From NCBI GenBank assembly GCA_041671145.1, contig JBAZBZ010000002.1:16854-80853 (forward strand): a stretch of 64,000 nucleotides of DNA, in the 5' to 3' direction. This document shows positions 47,204 to 58,166 of the stretch, piece by piece. This stretch comes from Bacteroidales bacterium (lineage in GTDB: Bacteria > Bacteroidota > Bacteroidia > Bacteroidales > JAHJDW01). Below the pieces are notes generated by a model. That model was not told where the DNA came from and ran no database searches. It saw only the letters and a list, made by a program, of their open reading frames with translations. Position numbers and translations under genes: made by a program. Position 1 is the stretch's first letter. Every line of letters begins with the position of its first letter.

Positions 47204-47902
47204 TTGAAGACAAAAACAGTCATATTGTTTTTTTTTATTACTTCGATAGTTTTGGCACAAAAGCCAAGAGTTGAAAACATGCCTAAATTTGACCGAAGAC
47301 CATATCATTTCGGCTTTTGTTTCGGCTTCAACAAATACGATTTTACAGTACGCACATATCCTGATTTTTTTAAGAATGATTCAATGGCCATTCTGGAAAC
47401 AACTCCGACATGGGGTTTTAATCTCGGCATATTGGGTAATCTGAGAATTGGAAATCATTTCGATTTAAGATTGACTCCCACATTAACCTTTGGCGACAGA
47501 AATCTCGACTATACTTTTCTGAAAGGAGACACGATAAAAATCAAAAAATCAATAAAAGTTGAATCTTCAATACTTGAATTTCCTTTAAGTTTAAAATACA
47601 AATCTGCAAGGGTAAACAATTTCAGAGCTTATGTGCTTGGTGGAGCAAAATACAGCATAGACCTTGCTTCCCAGGCGAAAAAGAAAACATTTGATAAAGA
47701 CATTGTTAAAATAAAAAAAAATAATATTTCTTTTGAACTGGGTTTTGGTCTTGATATGTATTTCGAGTATTTCAAACTTTCTCCCGAAATAAAATTTTCA
47801 GTCGGAATACCCGATTTACTTGTAAGAGAAAATACAGTTTACACAAATTCTATTCGCAATCTTACTTCCAAAGTTCTGTTTCTTACATTTTATTTCGAAT
47901 AA
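47204..47902 (+). CDS. PorT/SprT-like outer-membrane beta-barrel protein (T9SS-associated) candidate
   Basis: TTG start and signal peptide MKTKTVILFFFITSIVLAQ. NMPKFDRRPYHFGFCFGFNKYDF resembles the PorT-family N-terminal block. About 230 aa. Confidence 0.5.
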   Translation: MKTKTVILFFFITSIVLAQKPRVENMPKFDRRPYHFGFCFGFNKYDFTVRTYPDFFKNDSMAILETTPTWGFNLGILGNLRIGNHFDLRLTPTLTFGDRNLDYTFLKGDTIKIKKSIKVESSILEFPLSLKYKSARVNNFRAYVLGGAKYSIDLASQAKKKTFDKDIVKIKKNNISFELGFGLDMYFEYFKLSPEIKFSVGIPDLLVRENTVYTNSIRNLTSKVLFLTFYFE

Positions 47903-47907
47903 TTAAG

Positions 47908-49464
47908 ATGAGAAAAATTATAGAAATTTCACTTTCTCCCGAACAGGCCGCAGAAGAAAATTTATTTTCAAAATACATTTCATCAAAATATGATATTATT
48001 GAAAAAGATATTTCCCATATTGAAATACTTAAAAAATCAATTGATTCACGCTCTTCTGATATAAAAATAATTTTTCGTCTTGAAATATTTTGTAATGAAT
48101 CTCCTCCTGAAAAAATAAATCCCCTTACTGCATATCAGAAAAATGTTTCGGAAAAACCCAAAATATTAATAATTGGGGCGGGACCGGCAGGATTATTTGC
48201 CGCACTTAAATTAATTGAAAATAATTTCAAGCCCGTAATTATTGAACGCGGAAAAGATGTTTCAAGCAGAAAAATCGATATTGCACTACTTAACAGAAAT
48301 ATTGAACTTAATTCCGATTCGAATTATTGCTTCGGTGAAGGGGGTGCAGGTACATTTTCCGATGGTAAGCTATACACACGTTCGACAAAAAAAGGGGATG
48401 TAAAAAAAATTATTAATATTCTTGTTGCTCACGGTGCTGATAAAAATATTCTTTTCGATTCACATCCACATATTGGCAGCGATAAATTGCCTGAAATAAT
48501 TTCTTCTATCCGAAAAACAATTTTAAATGCAGGTGGCGAATTTCATTTTAATTCAAGAGCTACCGATTTTATAATAAAAAATAATTCCATTGAAGGTGTT
48601 GTAACAAACAATAATGAAAAATATTCGGGCAAAGCTGTAATTCTTGCAACCGGACATTCTGCAAGTAATATTTATGAATTACTGCAATCGAAAAATATCA
48701 TCATCGAAGTAAAACCTTTTGCAATTGGAGTTAGAATAGAACATCCTCAATCGTTGATTGATTCCATTCAGTATCACACAAAAAAAAGAAATCCACTTTT
48801 ACCGGCTGCCAGCTATATGTTAACTCATCAAACAAACAACAAAGGAGTGTTTTCTTTTTGCATGTGTCCAGGGGGAATTATTGTGCCTTCGGCAACTTCA
48901 AATAATGAAATTGTTGTAAACGGAATGTCAAATTCAAAAAGAAACTCACCTTTTGCTAATTCAGGAATAGTGGTTACTGTGGATATTGAAGATTTTAAAA
49001 ACTTTTCGAAACATAATGCACTTGCCGGTTTGAAATTCCAACGTGACATAGAATCGAAAGCATTCGAAGCTGGCGGAAAGTCAATGAAAGCACCTGCTCA
49101 AAGATTAATGGATTTTTTAAATAATAAATCATCTGCTGATTTACCAAAAACATCTTACAATCCGGGAATAGCATCAACAGATATTTCGGAAATTTTACCG
49201 AAAAACATTTCTCTTTACCTCAAAGAAGGATTTAGAGCTTTCAACAACAAAATGAGAGGTTTTTTGACAAACGAAGCAGTGATTATAGGCGTTGAATCGA
49301 GAACTTCATCGCCTGTCAGAATTCCAAGAAACAAAGAAACTTTCGAACACATACAAATAAAAAATCTTTTTCCTTGCGGTGAAGGCGCAGGTTATTCGGG
49401 AGGCATTATTTCTTCGGCTATTGATGGGGGTAATGTTGCTGATGCAATCAGTACTCGTACATAA
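47908..49464 (+). CDS. NAD(P)/FAD-dependent oxidoreductase (COG2509-like)
   Basis: ILIIGAGPAGLFAALKL dinucleotide fold, and C-terminal LFPCGEGAGYSGGIISSAIDG. Confidence 0.8.
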   Translation: MRKIIEISLSPEQAAEENLFSKYISSKYDIIEKDISHIEILKKSIDSRSSDIKIIFRLEIFCNESPPEKINPLTAYQKNVSEKPKILIIGAGPAGLFAALKLIENNFKPVIIERGKDVSSRKIDIALLNRNIELNSDSNYCFGEGGAGTFSDGKLYTRSTKKGDVKKIINILVAHGADKNILFDSHPHIGSDKLPEIISSIRKTILNAGGEFHFNSRATDFIIKNNSIEGVVTNNNEKYSGKAVILATGHSASNIYELLQSKNIIIEVKPFAIGVRIEHPQSLIDSIQYHTKKRNPLLPAASYMLTHQTNNKGVFSFCMCPGGIIVPSATSNNEIVVNGMSNSKRNSPFANSGIVVTVDIEDFKNFSKHNALAGLKFQRDIESKAFEAGGKSMKAPAQRLMDFLNNKSSADLPKTSYNPGIASTDISEILPKNISLYLKEGFRAFNNKMRGFLTNEAVIIGVESRTSSPVRIPRNKETFEHIQIKNLFPCGEGAGYSGGIISSAIDGGNVADAISTRT

Positions 49465-49513
49465 TGTAGATTTTTATAAAATAAAGAATGTCGAAGTTAT
49501 CAGAAAATTGCTG

Positions 49514-50965
49514 TCATTTCTGTTGCTTAGAACTTAAAACATATTTTGCAATAAAAATATCATTAGTACCAAAAGTGGTTCTTAAAGTAGTTTTCCCGAA
49601 ACTTGCCATACTTCCGAAAGCACCAAATGAACCGGTAACATAAATATTTTCGTTTTTACATATCTTTATCCCATTTGCCTCATCAATTCCTTTTCCGCCT
49701 GCATCAATCACATATTTAAAATCACCTGTAACACTATTATATTTTGCAATATAAACATCAATACTGTTAGTTTTGCTTGCAATTTTTGTAGAATCGAAAA
49801 TAGCTTTACCGCTATAACTTCCTGCAATATATACATTTCCCGAGTCATCCATTGTAATAGCATTAGCTTTGTCCCAGCCCTCGGCACCTGCCTGTTTTGT
49901 CCACTGTAAATTTCCGATACTATCGTATTTTGACAGAAAAATATCAGCTCTGCCTCGACTTGTAAGAAGTTTCGTACCAAAAAGTGCTATACCCGAAAAA
50001 TATCCGGTTACAAAAACATTGCTGTTTGTATCAATTGCTATTCCCTTTGCGACATCTTCATCTCCTCCACCCGATTGCTTCGCCCATAGAACATTTCCTG
50101 ATTTATCAAGCTTTGCAATAAAAACATCCTGTTTACCATTGCTGTTAAGTAAAGTATTATCAAAATACGATAAATTCTCAAAAGTGCCGGTAAAAAAAAT
50201 ATCATTATTTCTGTCGCATGCTATACTATTACATTCATCGTTTTTTGCGCCTCCGAACCTTTTCACCCATATTAACATACCAAGAGAATCATACTTAGCA
50301 ATAAAAATATCTGATTTTCCCTTGCTTGTCAATGTATCTGTAGTATTATAAACCGAGTCACAGGTTATTTTTTTTCTATTAAAGTACGCGGTATCATAAA
50401 AGTTACCTGCAACATAAATATTTCCCGAATTATCAAAAGTTAAAGATGTGCCTTCCTGATAATAAGTTCCGTTAACCTGTGCTGCCCACAATGCCTTGCC
50501 GTTTTTGGGATTAATTTTTACAAGAAATGCACTTCTGTTAACTGGTGCAATAAATTTCAAAGGTTCAAAAGTCGCTACGTTGAAGAAACATCCTGTTATA
50601 AAAACATTATCTTTTTTATCAACGCAAATACAATTTCCTTTATCAAGCATCGCTCCTCCGGCGTTTTTAACCCATTTAATTTTTCCTAATGAATCGTATT
50701 TTACAAAAACAACATCCCAATCACCATAACTTTTTAGCTTTACCGAATCTGCAATAGCTACTCCAAAAAAATCGCCCATTGCGTACGCATTCCCCTTACT
50801 GTCAATGGTAATACCGCGTCCGATGTCGTGGTCATCTCCTCCTATTTGTTTCGCCCATTCCCAAACCTGAGAATATGAAGATATTCCGGAAAATAAAAAA
50901 AACAAAATAAAATAAAATCTTAGCTTCACAACACAATTTTTATCAAAACTTAATATTTTTCTCAA
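49514..50965 (-). CDS. SBBP (beta-propeller) repeat protein, secreted
   Basis: Repeated units of the form GGxxxDxGxxIxxDxxGNxYxxGxFxG...DxFxxKYDxxGxxxW, at least 7 copies. Has a signal peptide. Confidence 0.7.
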   Translation of the reverse strand: MRKILSFDKNCVVKLRFYFILFFLFSGISSYSQVWEWAKQIGGDDHDIGRGITIDSKGNAYAMGDFFGVAIADSVKLKSYGDWDVVFVKYDSLGKIKWVKNAGGAMLDKGNCICVDKKDNVFITGCFFNVATFEPLKFIAPVNRSAFLVKINPKNGKALWAAQVNGTYYQEGTSLTFDNSGNIYVAGNFYDTAYFNRKKITCDSVYNTTDTLTSKGKSDIFIAKYDSLGMLIWVKRFGGAKNDECNSIACDRNNDIFFTGTFENLSYFDNTLLNSNGKQDVFIAKLDKSGNVLWAKQSGGGDEDVAKGIAIDTNSNVFVTGYFSGIALFGTKLLTSRGRADIFLSKYDSIGNLQWTKQAGAEGWDKANAITMDDSGNVYIAGSYSGKAIFDSTKIASKTNSIDVYIAKYNSVTGDFKYVIDAGGKGIDEANGIKICKNENIYVTGSFGAFGSMASFGKTTLRTTFGTNDIFIAKYVLSSKQQK

Positions 50966-52184
50966 TATATTTCAAAATAATATCAGTAGCACCTTTGCGG
51001 TTATCCACGTAATTTAAGCAAATGTAAGAATTTCTTTTAAGTGCTTCTTCATTATTTAATAAACAACTCAGTTTTTCATTTAAGTTCTGAAAATCAGTTA
51101 TACTATATGCTCCACCACATTTGAGTAACTCTTTAGCTTCATTAAACTTTGTATAATTTGGACCAAAAAATACTGGCAATCCGAAAGTTGCAGGTTCAAG
51201 AATATTATGAATTCCTTTTCCAAATCCACCGCCAATTAAAGCAAGCGTTCCATATTGGTACAAATGCGAGAGAAAACCAATGCCGTCAATGAGCATAACT
51301 TTTGGAGCAACAACATTTTCTGTTGTAGCTTCCGAAAATTTAATTGCTTTTAAAGATATTTTGGAAATAAAATTATCAATATTTTCAGTTTTTATAAGAT
51401 GCGGAGCAATTATGTATTTAATATCAAACTCTGATTCATTTATAAGTTTTATTAAAAATTCCTCTTCCTTCTGCCAAATACTACCGGCAATTAATATTTT
51501 TTTATTTTGCCTGAACGCTTCAATAACAGGAAATTTCTTTACATTTTTTGAAATTTCATAAACCCTGTCAAAACGCGTATCACCGCTTACAATAACATTT
51601 ATAATACCAAGCGTTCCGAGTAATTCTTTTGATTTTTCATCCTGAACAAAAAAACACGAAATTTTTTTAAGCTGCTGCAGTGCCCATATTCCGTGTATTT
51701 TGAAAAAATACTGATTTTTTCTAAAAATTGACGAAACAGAATAAATCGGAATATTACGTTTATGCAATTCGCTTATATAATTAAACCAGAATTCATATTT
51801 TACAAACACTGCAATTTGCGGATTCACAAGTTCCACAAACTTCTTCGCATTCGAAATTGTATCAAGAGGAAGATAAAATATGTAATCAGTTTTTTCGTAA
51901 TTTTTTCTAATCTCGTACCCCGAAGGTGAAAAGAAAGTCAACAATATTTTATATTTTGGATATTCTGATTTTATTTTTTCGAGCAAAGGTCTACCCTGCT
52001 CAAATTCGCCAAGTGAAGAACAATGAAACCAAATGATATTATCATTTCCTGTTAAGGAAATTTTTATTTTATCAAAAATTCCCTTTCTTCCTTTGAGCCA
52101 TAATTTTGCTTTATCATTAAACAACGATGCAACAGTAATCGCAAAAAAATAAAGCCATATTGAAATGTTATAAATAAAACGCAT
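50943..52184 (-). CDS. waaA: 3-deoxy-D-manno-octulosonic acid (Kdo) transferase
   Basis: IIWFHCSSLGEFEQGRPLLEKIK is the characteristic GT30 N-terminal block. 413 aa. Confidence 0.85.
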   Translation of the reverse strand: MRFIYNISIWLYFFAITVASLFNDKAKLWLKGRKGIFDKIKISLTGNDNIIWFHCSSLGEFEQGRPLLEKIKSEYPKYKILLTFFSPSGYEIRKNYEKTDYIFYLPLDTISNAKKFVELVNPQIAVFVKYEFWFNYISELHKRNIPIYSVSSIFRKNQYFFKIHGIWALQQLKKISCFFVQDEKSKELLGTLGIINVIVSGDTRFDRVYEISKNVKKFPVIEAFRQNKKILIAGSIWQKEEEFLIKLINESEFDIKYIIAPHLIKTENIDNFISKISLKAIKFSEATTENVVAPKVMLIDGIGFLSHLYQYGTLALIGGGFGKGIHNILEPATFGLPVFFGPNYTKFNEAKELLKCGGAYSITDFQNLNEKLSCLLNNEEALKRNSYICLNYVDNRKGATDIILKYIEKNIKF

Positions 52185-52260
52185 CAGTAAGAATGTATTA
52201 GATAAATGTTTTTTGTCACCAAAACTAAAAAAATGGCTTAATGATTAAATTTTACGAATA

Positions 52261-52869
52261 TTATATTTCCGTAAAATTCTTCAATAGCTGAAGTCCGTAT
52301 TCATGGCTTTTTTCGGGATGAAACTGTGTGCCATAAATATTTTCACTTTGCAACGATGAAACAAAATTATACCCGTAGTCGGTAGTTGTCAGGGCATCAC
52401 TTTCATTACTGCACACCACATGATAGCTATGAACAAAATAAAACATTGAATCATCGAGAATATTTTTCAATAAAATATTTTCTTTTTTCTTAATTATAGA
52501 ATTCCAACCCATGTGAGGAACTTTAAGTTTTGCACTCTTCAAATTGAACCGAATTGTTTTTCCTTTAATCCAATTCAATCCGTCAACGTTTCCTTCTTCG
52601 CTGAACTCCGTGAGCAATTGCATTCCGAGACAAATCCCGATTACAGGTATTTTTTCATTCAGAACTTTTTCATTTAAAGCATGGAGCAATCCTAATTCTT
52701 TAAGATTTTTCATTCCGTTTGCAAAATGACCAACACCAGGAAGCACAAGCCTTGAAGCATTTTTTATATCATCAACTTTCGACGAAATAACTGCTTTAGT
52801 GCCGATTTTATTGAACTTATTCAAAACCGACCGCAAATTGCCCATTCCGTAGTCAATAATTACTATCAT
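52261..52869 (-). CDS. hisH: Imidazole glycerol phosphate synthase glutamine amidotransferase subunit (HisH family)
   Basis: MIVIIDYGMGNLRSV, GICLGMQLL (catalytic Cys), YFVHSY and GTQFHPEKS. Confidence 0.85.
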   Translation of the reverse strand: MIVIIDYGMGNLRSVLNKFNKIGTKAVISSKVDDIKNASRLVLPGVGHFANGMKNLKELGLLHALNEKVLNEKIPVIGICLGMQLLTEFSEEGNVDGLNWIKGKTIRFNLKSAKLKVPHMGWNSIIKKKENILLKNILDDSMFYFVHSYHVVCSNESDALTTTDYGYNFVSSLQSENIYGTQFHPEKSHEYGLQLLKNFTEI

Positions 52870-52914
52870 AATTTACAAACAAAAATCGTAATTCTTAAAT
52901 CCCAAATAATTTTG

Positions 52915-52988
52915 TCGGGATGGCGGGATTTGAACCCGCGACCACTACGTCCCGAACGTAGTACGCTACCAGGCTGCGCTACATCCCG
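52915..52988 (-). tRNA. tRNA-Pro (anticodon CGG)
   Basis: The reverse complement reads CGGGATGTAGCGCAGCCTGGTAGCGTA-CTACG-TTCGGGA-CGTAG-...GGTTCAAATCCCGCCATCCCGA. The acceptor pairs CGGGATG/CATCCCG. Confidence 0.9.
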
Positions 52989-53162
52989 AATAATTTGCAA
53001 AAATAAGGTTTATTTATTAAATATTGAATTTATTTTAATTGTTTAAAATTTAATTTTTAATGTTAATTTGTTGAATTGCTATAAGTCAACTATTAGTAAT
53101 ATGTACTTAAGTTAAAACAACAATTTGACAATTAAACAATTTAGCCATTTAAAGTATAATTA

Positions 53163-56100
53163 TTATTTTATTTTAACAACCTTGCTCTCATCAATATAAA
53201 TCAACACTCCCTCTTCAATCTCATATCCCAAATCCTGAAGCAAGCAGGCATATTCTTTGATTTGCTGTTTGTGTTTTTCTTTTTCTTTTCCTGTTTTAAA
53301 ATCAATAACTATTGCCCTGTTATTTTTTAAAATTATCCTGTCGGGACGGTATGTTTTACCGTCTTTTAATATTTCTCTTTCGGATTTAACATTTATTCCT
53401 TCTTCAAAATATGGCTTTATTTCAGGATTAGAAAGCAAAACAGTTATTTCTTCTTTTAATTTTTCCTTTTCGGTGTTTTTAATTAATCCTTCCGAATGAA
53501 TTAAATTTACAGCAAGTTCGACATCTGTGACAGTAAATATTTTTGAAAGAACTTCATGTATTAATATTCCTCTCTGTTTTTTTATGAATACTTTGTCATT
53601 CCATAAATCAGGAGCATTTCTTCTTAATAAAACTTTATCCTGCCAACTGTTATATATAAATGAATTTAATTTAACCATGTTTCCATTACTTTGCTTTCTC
53701 TTATCAGAGGGAGATACTTTCACGGCTTTTTCACCGTATTCGTAAAGAGTTTTATTTTCAATATAATCGCTTTTTGAAATAAAATATTTTTTTATAACAC
53801 CTGATATGTTTTCTTTCTTTCTTTCTTCTTTTGCAAAAACATGTAATCGTTCCTTCGGGCGAGTCATAGCAACATATAATACATTCAGTTCATCAAGAAA
53901 AGTTTTATTCACTTCTTCTTCATATACCCCGCTGTATTCCGAATGCAGAAGTTTTTTGTTTAATGAAACAAGAACAGAATTCATATTCTTAATTCCCTTG
54001 TTTTCGATATTCAGCCAAATATAATCTGCAAGCTTATTTGTTTTCCAGTCGGCAAAAGGTATAATGACAATAGGGAACTGCAATCCCTTTGCTTTATGGA
54101 TTGTCATTATCCTCACTGCATTAATTTCTTCCGGTATCATTAAAGATTTTTTACCTTTTTCTTCATCCCACCAAACAAGAAAATCAGATAAAATGCTATT
54201 GGATTTAGAATTGTATTCCAAAACCAAATCAAGAAAAAACTGAATATAAATATTTGAATTTACATTGAGTTTGAAAGTATCTATGAGCTTTTCCGCAAGG
54301 TCGAATAAATTAAAACTTGATAATCCCGAGAGAGAGAGAGTAAAATTATTTTTCCCGAGCAAATCAGTAAATTGCAAAACACTTAATTTGGCAGCATTTC
54401 CAAATATTTCTTCATACTCTATGTTGATGTAATTTTTACTTTTCAGATATTGTAATATTTCTGCTTTTGCAATATTATTATCATTATTTACTAAAAATTT
54501 CATGAACGACACAATGAAGCAAACATCGGGAGAATTGCATAACAAAAGCGATTCGGAAGAAACTACATTTATGTCATTCTCTAATAAAAAAATTGCTGTT
54601 TTTATTGCATGAACATTTGAGCGGCAGAGAATGGCAATATCGTTTAATTCATATCCGTCTTTTATTGCTTCCTCCACAACATCAATGATTTTTACTAATG
54701 TTAATTCATCGTAATCAACATTATCAATAAACTCAACACTAACATAACCACCTTCATTGTTTTCTTTTGTATTTTGCTTTACATCAGCATATATTTTTTT
54801 GTATTGAGCATTGAGCTGTTCTGAAGCCACGCCGAAAAAATCATTATTAAATTTTACTATAACATTTTTGCTTCTTCGGTTCACATCAAGCTTTTGCTCA
54901 GTATAATTTTGTTTCAGAATATTTTCTTTTTCGGAAATAATTTCACTTTGCGGTTTGTATATTTCCGGTAAATTGCCGAATTGCTCAACCTCTCCGCCAC
55001 GCCAACGATAAATTGCCTGCTTTCCGTCTCCAACAACCATATTGAAATCTGAATTTGCAAGCGAGTTTTCAATCATCGGCAGAAAATTTTGCCACTGCAT
55101 AACCGATGTATCTTGAAATTCATCAATTAAAAAATGATGATATTTAGTTCCTATTCGCTCGAATATAAACGGAACCGGCTCGTTAATGACAATATCTGAA
55201 ATTAATTTATTGAATTCAGAAATATGAATTTTGTTGGTTTGCTTTTTGTATTCTTCAACAAGTTTTTCAATTTCATTTAATAGCGCTGTTTCATAAATAT
55301 TCCTGTTGATTAACGAAAACAAAACATAATCGGATTTTTCTTTTTCTATTAACTGCTGTGCGTTTTCATAAATTAAAATTAATTCGGGCTTTATTTCATC
55401 AATCATTTTTTTTGTTACGCCATCAATTTTATTAATATAAAATTTCCCGTCATCAATGGCTGCCATAACGTATGAATTAGGCACCAGCAATTCACATCTT
55501 TTTCAAACAATGCAAGTTTTTCAAAATATTTCGGCAATCCCTTTTCTCCGTTTAAAAAATCTTTAAATTCAATATTCTTCGATTTTATTTTTTCAACTCC
55601 CTTCTTCCCGACTTCATTTATTTTATTTTCAAACAATTTTATTTTTTTGTAAAATAAACTTCTTAATGCAAGGAAGTCCTTTATTGAAATTTTTTTTAAA
55701 TTCCTAAAATGAGAGCAGGTATCTTCTTTGAAAAGATTTTTTGAAAAACCGAGAATGTTATTCTCAATTTTCCAACTTTTCTCATCTTCAATTTTTGATT
55801 CAATAAACTCAACAAGTACTTTGGTAATATCCTCATCACTTCCGGCTTTACTAATAAGCACATCGATTACATGTTCCAATATAAGTTCCGCATCAAGTTC
55901 GACTTCGAAATTAAAACCTATTTTCAAATCATTTGCAAAACTTCGTATTATTCTATGAGTGAACGAATCAATTGTGCCTATTGCAAAATCGGAATAGTTG
56001 TGAAGTATTGCATTAAGAATTTTCTTTGCTCTTGCTTTAATTATATTTTCATCAAGATTCAGCTCACTCTTTACTTGTTCCAACAAGCTTTTGGTTTGTT

Positions 56101-56311
56101 CATTTTTCAAAACAGTCAAATCATCTAACGTGTCAATTACACGCTGCTTCATTTCTTCAGCTGCTTTATTGGTGAATGTTATTGCAAGTATACCGCGGAA
56201 TTTATTGCAATCATCATCGGCAAGAATCAATTTCAGATATTCTTTTACAAGCGTAAAAGTTTTACCCGAACCGGCAGATGAACGATATACGGTGAAGTTT
56301 TTCTGAGACAC
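53163..56311 (-). pseudogene. AddA/UvrD-type helicase with C-terminal PD-(D/E)XK nuclease, split by a frameshift
   Basis: N-terminal piece (55415..56311): AGSGKTF and ITFTNKAA. C-terminal piece (53163..55490): LIDEFQDTS, VGDGKQAIYRWRGG, TIHKAKGLQFP, VAMTRPKERL and nuclease RPDRII...VIDFKTGK. The two frames overlap across 55415-55502. Confidence 0.75.
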
Positions 56312-56473
56312 TTTTTATTCTTCTAAATTTTATCAAAAGTACTATTTTGGTATGATGAAACAAAAAAAAGTAGTACGCCATAAGTACTTAGTCGTAAGCG
56401 GGGAAAAGCAAAGCGTTTTTATTGCGAAAGAACATTTGGATATTTCATACATACAAATTAGCAGGTTGGTTGG

Positions 56474-56514
56474 TAACAAAAAGAGATTCCACCTTTCAAA
56501 AAGATGGAATCTCT
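56474..56514 (-). terminator. Intrinsic terminator (minus strand)
   Basis: Perfect 10-bp stem AGAGATTCCA (56482-56491) / TGGAATCTCT (56505-56514), with a 13-nt loop. On the minus strand it is followed by TTTTTGTT. Confidence 0.55.
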
Positions 56515-56584
56515 TTCATATCAATAATATTTATACTTTACAATGATAATTGGCGGAAAGTTTCAATGTTTGCAGAAAACTTTC

Positions 56585-56800
56585 TTACTTTTTAAGTTTA
56601 ATTGGTTTATCGTGTTTAAGCGTATTAATATCATATTCGTTCCCTTCTTTTATAATTTCTTTTGACTTTTTTTGACGAACATTGACTTTATGCTGTTGTC
56701 TTATTTCGGATATTGCATCACTTGTATGCAATAAAAGTGCACCAGTTCCTGCTGTACAGAATGTGCTAATGCATAAATAAAAAGCTAATTTACAAATCAT
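56585..56800 (-). CDS. Small hypothetical protein (71 aa) with hydrophobic N-terminus
   Basis: The ORF is followed by the terminator at 56474-56514. The N-terminus MICKLAFYLCISTFCTAG is signal/lipobox-like. No family recognised. Confidence 0.35.
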   Translation of the reverse strand: MICKLAFYLCISTFCTAGTGALLLHTSDAISEIRQQHKVNVRQKKSKEIIKEGNEYDINTLKHDKPIKLKK

Positions 56801-56871
56801 ATTTTTTTATTTTAAAATACAAATTTAACATATTTTCATTAAAAAAGCAATTTTTTATTTTTTTTAGTGTA

Positions 56872-57981
56872 TTATATATTTGACATAGCAATAGCACCAT
56901 TATCAACATTAAAAATTTTATGTTCGCTTTTAACTTTTTCAAAAACATTTTGTATTCTCTGTATTTCGGTATCTGTAATAAAAATTTGCCCGAAATTATT
57001 ATCCGAAACAAGTTTAATAATTTGTTCAACCCTCAAATGGTCGAGTTTATCAAAAACATCATCAAATAAAATAACAGGTTTAAATTTTTTAATTTCTGCA
57101 AGCAAATCGAACTGGGCGAGCTTAAGGGCAATTATAAAAGATTTCTGTTGTCCCTGTGAGCCAAATTTCTTTACCGGAAATCCATCAAACATAAAAATAA
57201 GGTCGTCTTTATGAATGCCTGTTGATGTATATTGCAACATTCTGTCTTTTCCAATATTTTCGTTCAGTAATACTTTAAAATCATTTCCTTTGAGTTGTGA
57301 ATTGTATTCCAATTCAACTTTTTCATTATTTAAGGAAATAAATTTATAATGTTTCTCAAATACAGGTTTGAAATCATTAACAAATTCCGAACGCTTTTTA
57401 TAAATCTCATTGCCGAGAGGAACTATTTGCTCGTCCCATATTTCAAGATTTTCCTTATTATATGATTTGCTTTCTGCAAAACGTTTAAGAAGGTTATTTC
57501 TTTGAAAAATGAGTTTGTTATAATTTATAAGATTGTCGAGATAAACTTTATCGTACTGCGAAATTATGCTGTCAACAAATTTTCGTCTTATTTCGCTGCC
57601 GCCGGTAATTATTTCACTGTCATCAGGAGAAACTATTACAAGAGGGAAATAACCCACATGGTCGGCTAAACGTGAATATTCCTTTTTATTAAGTTTAAAT
57701 TGTTTTTTCTGGTTTAACTTCAATCCGCAGTAAACATTTTCCGAATTATCGTCTTTTACATAAGTTCCCTGAACTACAAAAAACGATTCATTGTGCTTTA
57801 TGTTTTGGCTATCCATTAAATTGAAATAACTTTTACAAAACGATAAATAATAAATGGCATCAAGAAGATTTGTCTTTCCCATTCCGTTATTGCCCACAAA
57901 ACAATTTATTTTTTCAGAAAATTCAATCTCAACTTCGTGGAAGTTCTTGAAATTTATAAGTGAAAGCTTTTGTAAATACAT
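56872..57981 (-). CDS. recF: DNA replication and repair protein RecF
   Basis: MYLQKLSLINFKNF...FVGNNGMGKTNLLDAIYYLS (Walker A), GSQGQQKS signature and ILFDDVFDKLD (Walker B). Confidence 0.9.
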   Translation of the reverse strand: MYLQKLSLINFKNFHEVEIEFSEKINCFVGNNGMGKTNLLDAIYYLSFCKSYFNLMDSQNIKHNESFFVVQGTYVKDDNSENVYCGLKLNQKKQFKLNKKEYSRLADHVGYFPLVIVSPDDSEIITGGSEIRRKFVDSIISQYDKVYLDNLINYNKLIFQRNNLLKRFAESKSYNKENLEIWDEQIVPLGNEIYKKRSEFVNDFKPVFEKHYKFISLNNEKVELEYNSQLKGNDFKVLLNENIGKDRMLQYTSTGIHKDDLIFMFDGFPVKKFGSQGQQKSFIIALKLAQFDLLAEIKKFKPVILFDDVFDKLDHLRVEQIIKLVSDNNFGQIFITDTEIQRIQNVFEKVKSEHKIFNVDNGAIAMSNI

Positions 57982-58126
57982 GTTTAGTTTACGGTTTGAA
58001 GTTTAAAGCTTGTTAGCTAAAGTTAAATTTTAGCCGTTTGTGATATACAAGTAAATTAAATTTGCTTAAAAACCAGTTTAAAATTAATATTTTGTAAATT
58101 TATTCCAAGAATTCGCAAAAAAAAAT

Positions 58127-58134
58127 TATTTTTG
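58127..58134 (+). promoter_or_regulatory. Bacteroidota-type -7 promoter element (TAttTTTG)
   Basis: Exact TAnnTTTG match 33 nt upstream of the ATG at 58167. No well-spaced -33 TTTG was seen. Confidence 0.3.
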
Positions 58135-58166
58135 CAAAAATAACCATTTTTAAAATCAATATAAGT

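Noticed and set aside
56352-56546. A 64-aa plus-strand ORF upstream of the helicase gene.
   Set aside because: It is spanned by the 10-bp-stem hairpin (56482-56514), which reads as a minus-strand terminator for the small gene at 56585..56800. There are no motifs and it lies opposite to all neighbouring genes.
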